From: Escherichia phage A4
Direction: 5' to 3' (one strand)
Sequence record: ON286972
DNA length: 64,000 bases
Shown: piece after piece, positions 44,882 through 55,300 of the stretch
Layout: each line of letters begins with the position of its first letter
Numbering within the stretch: position 1 is the stretch's first letter
Translations under genes and position numbers: made by a program
Notes under the pieces: model-generated
The model's database searches: none
What the model saw: only the letters and a program-made list of their open reading frames with translations
Told to the model about the DNA's origin: nothing

Positions 44882-45490
44882 ATGAAATTAGAAACAGAAC
44901 AACCAAAACTGTTCGTTAAGGGTCATGTACTAATTACTGACGTTACTGATCCTGCGAATGAAAAAATTGTACTCGATAAATCGAACGCAATTCACCCAGA
45001 AAACATGAGTACTGCAATCGCTAACGCACTAGCATATAACCAAGATAGTTCTGGTATCCCAGTTGGTTCAATATCAGAAATGCGTTTTGGTAACGGTGGT
45101 ACTGTAGTATTGAGTACTGGGCGTGTAACATACAAAAAACCACGTGTAACTTCATTTGGTGGTCTATATTCACAAACATATTTGAAGAAAATAAACCCAC
45201 GAATCTCAAGTAGTATTGATTCACAATATAATAACATCACAACTGTTCATATTCCAGGTCAAGCATACACCGATATCGTTTGTATTTGTACTTTGGGACT
45301 AGGTGAACCAGTAGACCAGAATACAAGTTCAAGTACTAACATGGACGGTACTTACGTATTTGATGAATTGGGTTTATATACTGATGGTGATAATGGTATG
45401 CCGTTATCTCATATTATTTTCCACCCAGTAGAGAAAAGTGCGAACCGTGTTTTACAAATAAAATATACTGTTCGTGTACAACTACAGTAA
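44882..45490 (+). CDS. hypothetical protein
   Basis: ATG 44882 with AAGGA RBS (track TTG 44876). Confidence 0.5.
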   Translation: MKLETEQPKLFVKGHVLITDVTDPANEKIVLDKSNAIHPENMSTAIANALAYNQDSSGIPVGSISEMRFGNGGTVVLSTGRVTYKKPRVTSFGGLYSQTYLKKINPRISSSIDSQYNNITTVHIPGQAYTDIVCICTLGLGEPVDQNTSSSTNMDGTYVFDELGLYTDGDNGMPLSHIIFHPVEKSANRVLQIKYTVRVQLQ

Positions 45491-45500
45491 GGAGTGGTAA

Positions 45501-46598
45501 ATGAATAATTATACTATATATCGCAGTGATGGAAGCGTTTATGCTTCCATTCCAAACAACGTTATCCTTGGTCCTAACCAACCAGGTACTAACCCAGTTC
45601 CTATTAACTTAGTTGGGCGTAATAAGGTTGGTTATGGTCAAGCATGGAACGAAAACTTTCTACACTTAGTTGAGCATTTTAGTGGTCCATCTGCACCACG
45701 TGGTAGTGTTAAAGGACAAATTTGGTATAAAAACACTGGTAACATTGGTGAACTACTTATTTCTCTAGTAGATAACGCTCGTCAACCAATAGACACTGCT
45801 TCTGAAGCAGATTGGGCATCAATCCCAATGATCACAATTTTCAACACCATCCCAGATGGCGAAAGTAGTGTTATGGGTCGTATGGTTTTGACAAATAACG
45901 GTGATTCACTCCGTGTTTTGATGAAAAACAAAGAATGGCGTGAAATTCAAACATCTCGTCCTGAAAACAAAGAATATTCATCACTATTGGATATAAACTA
46001 TGATTTAGGTAAAAAATATATTGAATTTACCCAAACTGAAAGTACTAAGACACTTGCATATTTCAACTTAGGTGGTGGTTCTAAGGTAGATCCAGACAAC
46101 TGGACATCATTTAGTAATGGTAATGGTGTTTTCCAATTCGGAAGTAACTATTTCTATGATTTGAAGATTATGATTCGTGAAGTACAGGATAGTACTGGTG
46201 AAGTTGTTTCTTTACCATTCAACTCCAAGACATTTATCATTAAAGGTCAATTCTATATTGACAATGAAGGTGCTTTTGTGCCAGGTTCTATACCATGTAG
46301 TGAGATTCCAGACCCACGTCGAATTACAAGTCTGGAAGTTATTAAAGATGTTATTACCAGTTCACAACCAACTTGGGATGTTAATATGGTAGTTAATGGT
46401 GTGGACCCAACAATTCCAAATCCAGGTGGAATGACGAAGACTGATTATGAAGCATGGGTTATCAACTCACTCAATACTAATAAACATTTAGGTTTCCGTG
46501 TTGATGGTTCAATTTCCGGTTTAGGAACTGGTCAAAGTGTTAAGCTTCAGGCTTCAGTACTGCTTAATATAACTGGTATTCCTATTATTGGTGTGTAA
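45501..46598 (+). CDS. hypothetical protein
   Basis: 365-aa ORF with GGAG RBS. Confidence 0.5.
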   Translation: MNNYTIYRSDGSVYASIPNNVILGPNQPGTNPVPINLVGRNKVGYGQAWNENFLHLVEHFSGPSAPRGSVKGQIWYKNTGNIGELLISLVDNARQPIDTASEADWASIPMITIFNTIPDGESSVMGRMVLTNNGDSLRVLMKNKEWREIQTSRPENKEYSSLLDINYDLGKKYIEFTQTESTKTLAYFNLGGGSKVDPDNWTSFSNGNGVFQFGSNYFYDLKIMIREVQDSTGEVVSLPFNSKTFIIKGQFYIDNEGAFVPGSIPCSEIPDPRRITSLEVIKDVITSSQPTWDVNMVVNGVDPTIPNPGGMTKTDYEAWVINSLNTNKHLGFRVDGSISGLGTGQSVKLQASVLLNITGIPIIGV

Positions 46599-46606
46599 TA
46601 CAAAAG

Positions 46607-46632
46607 AAAAGGAGCCATTGGCTCCTTTTTTT
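46607..46632. terminator. bidirectional terminator between convergent genes
   Basis: AAAAGGAGCC-ATT-GGCTCCTTTTTTT. Confidence 0.65.
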
Positions 46633-47095
46633 AATATCTATATGGTAGACTATTGACAAATTGTGTACCAGCGTTTATACTTTCCCATAAAGAATAAAAA
46701 TCTTTCATCAAATTGACATTTAATAATGTATTTTTAGCTCCAGGGTGAAGAGGTTTAGGCCATGAGCCAATTTTAACCCAAGCATATCCAGAGCTTTCCT
46801 TATTGAGAATAGGAACAAACTCATTTTCAACAACAACAACGAAAGAATAATATTTGAACTTACCATTCTTAGTACAAAATACATCAAAGGGTATAATATC
46901 AATTATATCAGGTAACGAATCTCCCAATTCTTCTCGTATTTCACGATGCAAAGCTTGCAAAGGGGATTCGTTGTATTCGAGTTTTCCACCAACAAAAGCC
47001 CAGTTGTTTGAATAGGTACTGCTTTCAGATCTAAGATTGAGCATCATATGACCAGTACTTTTAGATAAAAATATTGCTCCTACTGCCTCATTCAT
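46631..47095 (-). CDS. NUDIX hydrolase
   Basis: Nudix box GGKLEYNESPLQALHREIREELG; strong AAGGAGG RBS. Confidence 0.75.
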   Translation of the reverse strand: MNEAVGAIFLSKSTGHMMLNLRSESSTYSNNWAFVGGKLEYNESPLQALHREIREELGDSLPDIIDIIPFDVFCTKNGKFKYYSFVVVVENEFVPILNKESSGYAWVKIGSWPKPLHPGAKNTLLNVNLMKDFYSLWESINAGTQFVNSLPYRY

Positions 47096-47104
47096 ACATC
47101 CTCC

Positions 47105-48448
47105 TTATTTGTCAGTGAATGATATCTTCCAATATCCCTGACGGTATTGCGACATAATACTCTTATGCCATTTGAATTTTTCATTGTATCTATAATAGTG
47201 ACTGTCTTGACGATTGTAAACATAATTAAGTACTGAAGACGGTTCAATTAGTTCAGCACCTTCATTTGTTATTTTGAACAAATAATTTGGTGGAATAACT
47301 GTGTCTTTGTAAATTAAATCTCTTGCACTATTATTTACATAATATTGTTCAGGTATAGCTGAATACAATTCTGCATCTTTGGATATCAACGCTATGATAG
47401 AGTAATCGACAACATAATTACTACTATCCAATTGAACAACAATCTTGTTTGCCTTATCTTCGTGTCCCATTGATATTATAGTTCCACGCAAAGGATTACT
47501 TTCTTCGATTGCTTGTTGGAATTTAATACCGAGTTTCTTATCTTTGTATTCAGGCTCTAAGTACTGAATATATTTCTCCCAAGAATATATACCACCGTTG
47601 GATGTTCTCTCACTCATACTTTGACTTACCAATGTAAGGACATAAGTATCTGCGTTTTTATCCGATGCTTCTGTTATTTCTTCAACTTTGATGCATAAAT
47701 TTTTAGGAGTGAATACATCAGTAATTATATCCTGATAGTTTCCTATTTCAAAATCCAATTCATCACGACCACTTTCTATATTAGTTGTTATCTGTTGTAT
47801 AAGCTTTGGCTTTTCAACGATAGCAGGTAATGATAACCATATAGTTGTTTCAAATGTAAGAACCATAATATCAAGTTCAGTATCAGTTCCTTGTGGAAAT
47901 CCACGAGTACTGAATTGACAGTCAATTAATTCCACATCACTTTGTGCCGTCCAGTCTAATGGGTTATCAGATAGTTGCAATTGAACACTTGGAGCAAACA
48001 ATGTACTGATTTGCTCATATAATTCCATTTTTGTTTGCAGTTGTGTAACCCATATGTTTAAATCAAATGTAAATGTCCAAGGTACAGGGTTATGTCTTGT
48101 TATTTTATACTGCTTATCCAACTCAGGAGTGAATTCATTTGGTGCAGGGGACTTATTTGTCCCCATAATAATAGTTTCGTTCGCATTTGAACGAATACTT
48201 TTACGATCCAATTTCAATTGATTCACACTAATAGTCATGATCGGTGCAGTAGGCATTACGTTCTCACTGTTACCATTGATAACAGCAGCAGCCAAACGTG
48301 AAATATCTGCATATCTACATGGAACTTGCTTGTATCTTGGTTTACCTTCGTCATCAACTCCATTTTGTACTTGAAACCCACCAAAAATCCTGATAAGATG
48401 TTTCAGTACTCGACGAAATTGACCATCATAGTAGTATTCTACTTTCAT
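47105..48448 (-). CDS. hypothetical protein (possible virion/baseplate component)
   Basis: 447-aa ORF, AAGGGGA RBS; no family recognised. Confidence 0.5.
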   Translation of the reverse strand: MKVEYYYDGQFRRVLKHLIRIFGGFQVQNGVDDEGKPRYKQVPCRYADISRLAAAVINGNSENVMPTAPIMTISVNQLKLDRKSIRSNANETIIMGTNKSPAPNEFTPELDKQYKITRHNPVPWTFTFDLNIWVTQLQTKMELYEQISTLFAPSVQLQLSDNPLDWTAQSDVELIDCQFSTRGFPQGTDTELDIMVLTFETTIWLSLPAIVEKPKLIQQITTNIESGRDELDFEIGNYQDIITDVFTPKNLCIKVEEITEASDKNADTYVLTLVSQSMSERTSNGGIYSWEKYIQYLEPEYKDKKLGIKFQQAIEESNPLRGTIISMGHEDKANKIVVQLDSSNYVVDYSIIALISKDAELYSAIPEQYYVNNSARDLIYKDTVIPPNYLFKITNEGAELIEPSSVLNYVYNRQDSHYYRYNEKFKWHKSIMSQYRQGYWKISFTDK

Positions 48449-49941
48449 TCTTTATCCCCTTTTGCACGGTATAGAGTGTTTGGTTTTGCCGCGTCGTGTA
48501 ATGGGACACGATTAGGACTGTTAACGAACTCGGTTAGGGCTAAATCTGCACCTTCCCACGGTTTACGTCCACCATAATCAAAGATTACCCAAGATTTTTT
48601 AACTTCACTGTATTCCCAAAGAGTTACAGGGTTGTAATCCGTGCGATAGAAGTATTCACCATCAGTAGGATCAGATGGGAACGTGTCCCCTTCTTGCACA
48701 GTGCCGCGAGCAGGTGGAATTTTAGGTCTTGAATCTTGTTGCGAGTCTATGTTACCATACACACTGTTAGAACTGAAAGGTAAGTTAACATGTGTATCTG
48801 GTGGAACTTGCCATGTACCATCTAAGTACTGGTACATTGTTGGTTTTTCATATTGAATGTAAAAATCCTCAGCATTTTTAGGTGGAACGTCACCAGTTGA
48901 GTATTCAACGTCACAATTGAGCCACTTTTTGAGAGATTTGTCATATTGATACAGGGAATATCCAGTAACATCTGAATCATTCTCTTTATAGAAGAAATCA
49001 CCATCAGATGGTTTACGTGGAAACGTTGTTCCATACGGTACTGAAACATTTTCCCATGAATTGTTGACTTTCTCTTTCAGTACTGGTAAAGTTTTCTTCA
49101 AGAAGTACATTTTGTTAGCTGGTTCTTCTGGGAAGTCATATCCATTAAGAACAAACTTTGACAAATCGGTTGTATCTGGTCTATCATCGTATATATGTTC
49201 ATTTGTGAAGTGGATATAAGGGACTTCATCATCAGCTTGCATTATAATACGGTTCATGATATCCATTTCGTTATCATAACTGCTGTTTGGTGAAGAACCA
49301 TTGGAACCACTGTTACCATTACCATTATTTGGGTCATCTGGGTTGTCTGGATAATCATTATTAGTAAGTAAGTCCGCGTACTCAGGTGAATCGGTAATAG
49401 GTTTGACACGAATTTTGTAAATGTGATGTTGCCATGTTGCAGAGTAACCTTCAGATGTTCTAAAGCCGTCCTGAACTACGTAAAAACGGTTTAAACCTGA
49501 ATCTTTACCAACAACATCGAAATCACGAAGGTTTGGAAGTTCAATTACATCACCAGGCATAATTTTTCTTCCCAATCGCTGCATCATTGTGTTATAATGA
49601 ACTGTAATGTCCATTGTGTTGAAGTTAAAGAACAACCCAGGAATTTTTAAATCAGGTGTTGCTTCTTGGACTTGATAAACACAACTAAGTGTGATAGCCT
49701 CTAGATTGTAACTACGATTTGAGGTTTCACCAAAAATTAGGTCACCAATACTTGACGCAGCGGAACCATCAGTGATATAATCACCACCGTAAGAATAGTC
49801 GTTAGGAGTTGTTGATGGTTTAGCACCGACAAAGGCATAAAGCCACATGTCTACGCCACCAATATTGTATTGTTCAGCAATGGCAGAATCTATGAATTTA
49901 TAATCATTGGTTCTACCTTTTTTCCACATTCTGTATGCCAT
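48445..49941 (-). CDS. hypothetical protein (possible virion/baseplate component)
   Basis: ATG at 49941 with GGAG RBS (track TTG 49953); overlaps downstream gene by ATGA. Confidence 0.5.
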   Translation of the reverse strand: MAYRMWKKGRTNDYKFIDSAIAEQYNIGGVDMWLYAFVGAKPSTTPNDYSYGGDYITDGSAASSIGDLIFGETSNRSYNLEAITLSCVYQVQEATPDLKIPGLFFNFNTMDITVHYNTMMQRLGRKIMPGDVIELPNLRDFDVVGKDSGLNRFYVVQDGFRTSEGYSATWQHHIYKIRVKPITDSPEYADLLTNNDYPDNPDDPNNGNGNSGSNGSSPNSSYDNEMDIMNRIIMQADDEVPYIHFTNEHIYDDRPDTTDLSKFVLNGYDFPEEPANKMYFLKKTLPVLKEKVNNSWENVSVPYGTTFPRKPSDGDFFYKENDSDVTGYSLYQYDKSLKKWLNCDVEYSTGDVPPKNAEDFYIQYEKPTMYQYLDGTWQVPPDTHVNLPFSSNSVYGNIDSQQDSRPKIPPARGTVQEGDTFPSDPTDGEYFYRTDYNPVTLWEYSEVKKSWVIFDYGGRKPWEGADLALTEFVNSPNRVPLHDAAKPNTLYRAKGDKE

Positions 49942-49982
49942 TTTGTTCTCCAAAATAAATCGGTATATCTGTATTTACTAGG

Positions 49983-50010
49983 TAGACAAACTGAAAGAAT
50001 GTGATATAAT
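49983..50010 (+). promoter_or_regulatory. sigma70-like promoter of the clpA-like gene
   Basis: TAGACA, 16-bp spacer, TGaTATAAT, 40 bp upstream of the ATG. Confidence 0.55.
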
Positions 50011-50049
50011 GATTTTAATGACAGTGAGAAGAATCACATAGGAGAGAAC

Positions 50050-52335
50050 ATGAATTTAACACAGCTATTCAAAAGCAGCGACGACCTTGCAACCTCTATG
50101 GGTCATACTTTCTTGACAATCGATCACATCAGTGCTACAGTGCTGACAGTGGATAGCATTATTGATGTATTTGGGACAATGAACGTTGACGCAACGAAAG
50201 TGCGTGATCGCTTGATTGAATATCTGAAAAATACCAATGTTCCACACGCACCACGCAGCACTATGGGGGAAGAAGTTAATCGCACTACACTAATCGTCAA
50301 TCGTGTAATGCAAGAACTATCTAAGAAATCTGTCATCGAACAACTCAAACGTGACGATTTCTCAATTGATGCATTCTTTGTACTGTTTGAATGTTTGTCA
50401 TTCCCAAACACTGCATTAGAAGCAGCATTGTTGGAAGAGGGTGTAACTCGTACTGAAGCGGCCCGTACTCTTCAGAAATATGTAGAATCTCTTGATTCTG
50501 AAATTAACCTACAAAGCATCGCTGATGAACCTACTGGGGAGAAAAAGGTGGCTCAACAACAACCTGCATCAAAACAGAAATCAATCGAAGATTACACGAC
50601 CAACCTAACACAGTTGGCTAAAGATGGTAAACTGGACCCAATGATTGGTCGTCAAAAAGAACTGGACGCACTAATTGAAACTCTGGCTCGTAAAACTAAG
50701 AAGAATGCTATTCTGACTGGTGAAGCTGGTGTTGGTAAAACTCAGATTGTTGACGGTCTAGCACAAGCCATTGTTGATGGTAATGTACCAGAACATCTAC
50801 AAAACATTGAGATTTTATCTCTTAACGTTGGTGCACTAACTGCTGGTACTAAGTATCGTGGTGAATTCGAAGAACGTATTGATAATCTTCTCAAAGAACT
50901 GAAGAAACGTGAAAATACAATCGTGTTCATTGACGAAATCCATATCATGGTAGGTGCAGGTTCTGCAAGCAACGGTTCAATGGATATGAGTAACATGTTG
51001 AAACCAGCACTATCTCGTGGTGAGATTCGTGTAATCGGTGCAACTACTTATGATGAATACCGTAAAAACATCGAGAAAGATAGTGCATTGACTCGTCGTT
51101 TCATGAAAATTGACGTAGTTGAGCCAACTATTGAAGAAACTCGTGCGATTGTAAATGGTCTGCAAGGTACATATGAGAAATTCCATAACGTAACTTTCAG
51201 TACTGAAGCAATGGATGCGATTGTGTCTTTGAGTGATAAGTTCCTGAAGAACAAACACTTCCCAGACAAAGCAATCGACCTTATGGATGCAGCAGCAGCT
51301 AAGAAACGTTCACGCGATGAATCTGATAATGTGATTTCACTACGCACAATTCAAGAAGTTGTTGCGGGAATTGCAAACTTGGATATCAACGTAGTAGCTT
51401 GTACTGAAACTGAACGTATGAAGTCACTACCAGCAGCACTTCGTAGCCGTGTATTCGGTCAAGAAGAAGCAGTGGAGAAATTGGTTGATAACGTAATGGT
51501 TGCACGTGCAGGACTTCGTGAGAAAGCAAGTGTTCAGGGTGCATTCATGTTTGTCGGTCCGTCTGGTACTGGTAAAACTGAAATCACTAAAGCACTAGCC
51601 GATGCAATGGGTTCTGAACTGATTCGCTTCGATATGTCTGAATTTTCACAAGAACATACCGTTGCAAAACTAATTGGTTCACCTCCTGGCTATGTTGGTC
51701 ACGATACTGGTAATGGTCTGCTACTCGACAAAATTGAGCAATTCCCGAATGCAGTTCTACTGCTGGACGAAATTGAAAAAGCACACCCTAAAGTACTGCT
51801 AACCTTCCTACAGGTTCTGGATGAAGGTCACCTAACTGGTTCACAGGGTAAAACTGTATACTTTAACAACGTAACAGTTATTATGACAACCAACTTGGGT
51901 GCAGCAGATGCAAATAAACGTAGTCTGGGTTTGAGTGGTGGTGAAACAGCACAGGAGAAGGCAGTGAAAGCTTTCCTACCACCTGAATTCCTAAACCGTA
52001 TCGATAGCATCGTGAAGTTTAATGAGCTATCCAGTGAAGCTATCCAGAGCGTTATTGATAAGTTCATGGCTGGTCTAAATGAGCAAATCAAAGAGCGTGG
52101 CGTGAAAGTAACACTGACTAAAGCGGCACGTGAATGGTTAGAAGCAAATGGTGTTCAGCCTGGAATGGGTGCACGTCCAATGAAACGTACAATCGAGCAG
52201 AACATCCGTGTTCCTCTGGCTAAAGAAATGCTATGCGGTTCACTGGTAAATGGTGGTAACGTAACATTTGATGTGATTAACGGAAAGTTGGGTATCAAAC
52301 CAAAACGTCAAGTTAAAACCCCATCTGTAGTGTAA
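50050..52335 (+). CDS. clpA: ClpA-like AAA+ unfoldase with two ATPase domains
   Basis: Collinear with E. coli ClpA throughout: GEAGVGKTQIVDGLA (D1 Walker A), IVFIDEIH, GPSGTGKTE (D2 Walker A), LLLDEIEKAHP, GARPMKR. Confidence 0.9.
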   Translation: MNLTQLFKSSDDLATSMGHTFLTIDHISATVLTVDSIIDVFGTMNVDATKVRDRLIEYLKNTNVPHAPRSTMGEEVNRTTLIVNRVMQELSKKSVIEQLKRDDFSIDAFFVLFECLSFPNTALEAALLEEGVTRTEAARTLQKYVESLDSEINLQSIADEPTGEKKVAQQQPASKQKSIEDYTTNLTQLAKDGKLDPMIGRQKELDALIETLARKTKKNAILTGEAGVGKTQIVDGLAQAIVDGNVPEHLQNIEILSLNVGALTAGTKYRGEFEERIDNLLKELKKRENTIVFIDEIHIMVGAGSASNGSMDMSNMLKPALSRGEIRVIGATTYDEYRKNIEKDSALTRRFMKIDVVEPTIEETRAIVNGLQGTYEKFHNVTFSTEAMDAIVSLSDKFLKNKHFPDKAIDLMDAAAAKKRSRDESDNVISLRTIQEVVAGIANLDINVVACTETERMKSLPAALRSRVFGQEEAVEKLVDNVMVARAGLREKASVQGAFMFVGPSGTGKTEITKALADAMGSELIRFDMSEFSQEHTVAKLIGSPPGYVGHDTGNGLLLDKIEQFPNAVLLLDEIEKAHPKVLLTFLQVLDEGHLTGSQGKTVYFNNVTVIMTTNLGAADANKRSLGLSGGETAQEKAVKAFLPPEFLNRIDSIVKFNELSSEAIQSVIDKFMAGLNEQIKERGVKVTLTKAAREWLEANGVQPGMGARPMKRTIEQNIRVPLAKEMLCGSLVNGGNVTFDVINGKLGIKPKRQVKTPSVV
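51196..51207. repeat. 12-bp palindrome TTCAGTACTGAA
   Basis: Inside the clpA-like gene, F-S-T-E frame. Confidence 0.8.
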
Positions 52336-52340
52336 AAAGA

Positions 52341-52368
52341 AAAGGAGAGCCATTGGCTCTCCTTTTTT
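52341..52368. terminator. bidirectional terminator between the clpA-like gene and the giant gene
   Basis: AAAGGAGAGCC-ATT-GGCTCTCCTTTTTT, nearly the same hairpin as at 46607. Confidence 0.65.
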
Positions 52369-52369
52369 G

Positions 52370-55300
52370 TTATTGAATATTCAATAGATTTTCTATATCA
52401 GTTCCAGTAATTGACAATCCATTTCTGAATGTATCTAATGGAATTGGTGGATAGAAGTTTTGATATTGAGTAAACTTATCAATGCTCCCCAAGTTCAATC
52501 CATTAAAGCTATAAGACGTTCCTTTAGTAAAATTATGTTCCGCACTATACATGACACCACGTAATAGACGGTCAGTGTTTCTTACCTGAACCTTCTCATA
52601 TCCAACCACAATAATATCATCATTCTGTGCCGCAGCACCTGACAGTACTGAATCAGTAATGATATATGGGCTTATTGAACGAGGTTTAGCAACATAAGTG
52701 ATTGCCTCATCTTCAACGGTTGTAATGTTAATTACACCACATCCTACTTCTTTGATGAACGTGTTATTGACCACAGGTTGTGCATACTGCCACACGCGAT
52801 CATAACTTAGTACTGGTTGAATAACATCAACATCGTATTCAAATACAGTGATTTCAATACCATCAGTCATTTTAGCTCGTACTAGTTCACCCAGGACACC
52901 TTTACCAGAGATTGGCTGATTGTAACCATTATCAATTGTAATACCATCAACTTCAAAAATCTCATTGGAAACTAACCACAAATCAATTTCATCAGGTGTG
53001 ATACCATCATTGAATTTACCACCATATAATGTTTCGTCATAGAATACTTCATAGTTCAATGCATGTATACTGTAATGACGATTATTTTCATATAGTTTAA
53101 GTCCATTGTCATCAAACTCAGGGTCTTGGAAAGTGCGGATTCTAACTAAGTTCATTGATAATGTATAAAAACGCTCATTACTTTCACGCTTAGTTATACT
53201 ATCAAACATTAACACTACACCATTACTATCAACCAACTCTACGTTACCATTACCCAATACACGTACTGTGTATAGTTTTGGTTTTTTAGAGGATTGGATT
53301 TTACTAGCACTTAATATAGTTACCCAGTTACCGTCTTGGAATCGTACATAATCTTCACCATCTGGCGTGAAAATCATAACCTTATCACCATCTTTCAAAC
53401 CTTCATCGTGAACCTTGATTTCAGTAATTGTTTTAATTTCTGAAATTGGGAAGAAGTATTTTTCAGATTCTTTGAACACATCTTTACCCATATTCTCAAT
53501 GACAATATCATATGATGGAATACTTACAACTGCTTCTGACATATTGTAAGGGTTTTGTACGATCATACCCTCAATCTGGAATCTACTTGTGTCTTTTAAT
53601 TGCTCTTGAGCAACTTCATCGAAACCGTAACCATCAACAGTGAAACGTAATTGTGCCATTGTTCTTCCTGATGGGTTTAGTTCAGAAATGTCGATGATAT
53701 AAGGATCAATCTCACTATCTTTAACTTCCCATTTAATGGATTTGGTTTGTGATTCCAATGCCAAGTTATCGAATGCATTCATATCATTGAAATATTTTGC
53801 AGTATTGATACTTTCCAGTACTTCAACATATGCAGAATACATTGGATTATTCTGGTCTTGTGGTAAATCATTTAAATCAATTTCAGCCAATACAACTGAT
53901 TCTCCGGTTGTTATGAATAAGTCTTCCATGAAATCAGATATGCTGTAACTTTCAGGAATCGGTAGATATTCACCTGCCGCATTCACAACATACACATATT
54001 TCCTTGGCATCATAACAAAAGCATACTTATCAACTGCACGATTACTTAAGATTTCTCTAGCAACATAATAATGATCTAGAATATTCTTATTAAATGTTTG
54101 TCGCATTGCAGATAACACATGAACGGTATCAGAATAATAACGGTCATTTAATGTGGTATCATACTTGTAGCAATAAACACCATATTCTATCTCTAGTATA
54201 TTACGAACTTGGTCTTCATTAGTAAACTCAGGGTGATTTTTCTTGATCATATCGACATATTTTTCATATAATTCAATACTAATCTCAAAATAACCATAGT
54301 TGTAATCACTACTTGCACTGAACCCAAAAGGTAGGCGAGTATTAGGATTATCATTATAGTTCGTACCCTTAAATGGACAACCAATCTCATTAGAAACCAT
54401 GTCATCAGATATATTCTTAAACATTTTCACACGAGTTGCTAATGTATTGTATTGAATATATTTCTTAACGTCTTCTAAAATGTTACTGTTGTTTGTATCA
54501 GCAGTTACCTGCTCCAAATCAGCAGTAAATTGGTCAGTCATTGCAATATCAGTTGAATGGGCTTTATACCATGCATCAATTCCTTTAATGACACCATTAC
54601 TAATATCCAAATCTGAATATTTGGTAGTCATTTCAATACCAATCTGTGAAATTAAGGTATTATTATCATATTCAGGGAATGTATAAACATATCTCTGTAA
54701 TTCATAATCATTTCCTATATCCGAAGCATTAGATTGATACTTACTATTGGTTGATTTCAACTCATCAATTGTATAATTACTATCATACGGGTCACATTGA
54801 ATATTATCATAATGCATAATAACGTCGATTTCTTGGAATCGTCTGTTAGGTGTGATAAAGTCACTTGGTAGTGAACCAATCTTTTCCCAACGTTGGGTTA
54901 CGTCATTAAATTGTGCATATTCTAAATCCCAAATGTCTTTTTCAGTCTTAACCCACACACCATCAACTAAAATATAGCCATCTGGGTCAAGGTCATTACT
55001 GATACCATTAATCAAATCATCATCAGAAGTTTTCTGTTCTATTTGAGAACGGATTTTGGTTCTGTATGGTTTAACTTCTTCGAAGTACTCAACAATTTGA
55101 TTAATCAAGTTGTCATTTGAGTAGTTTTGTACGAGAGATTGTTCTAAACCTACAATATAGATATATGAGGTTTTGAATACCCAGTCAACAACACTTTGTT
55201 CAGTGTGTACGTACTTAACCATATCAAAAACAATATTACTTTGATATAAGTTGAATGAATTTTTCAACAACGCTAACGCATTACGAACGTTAACCTCATG

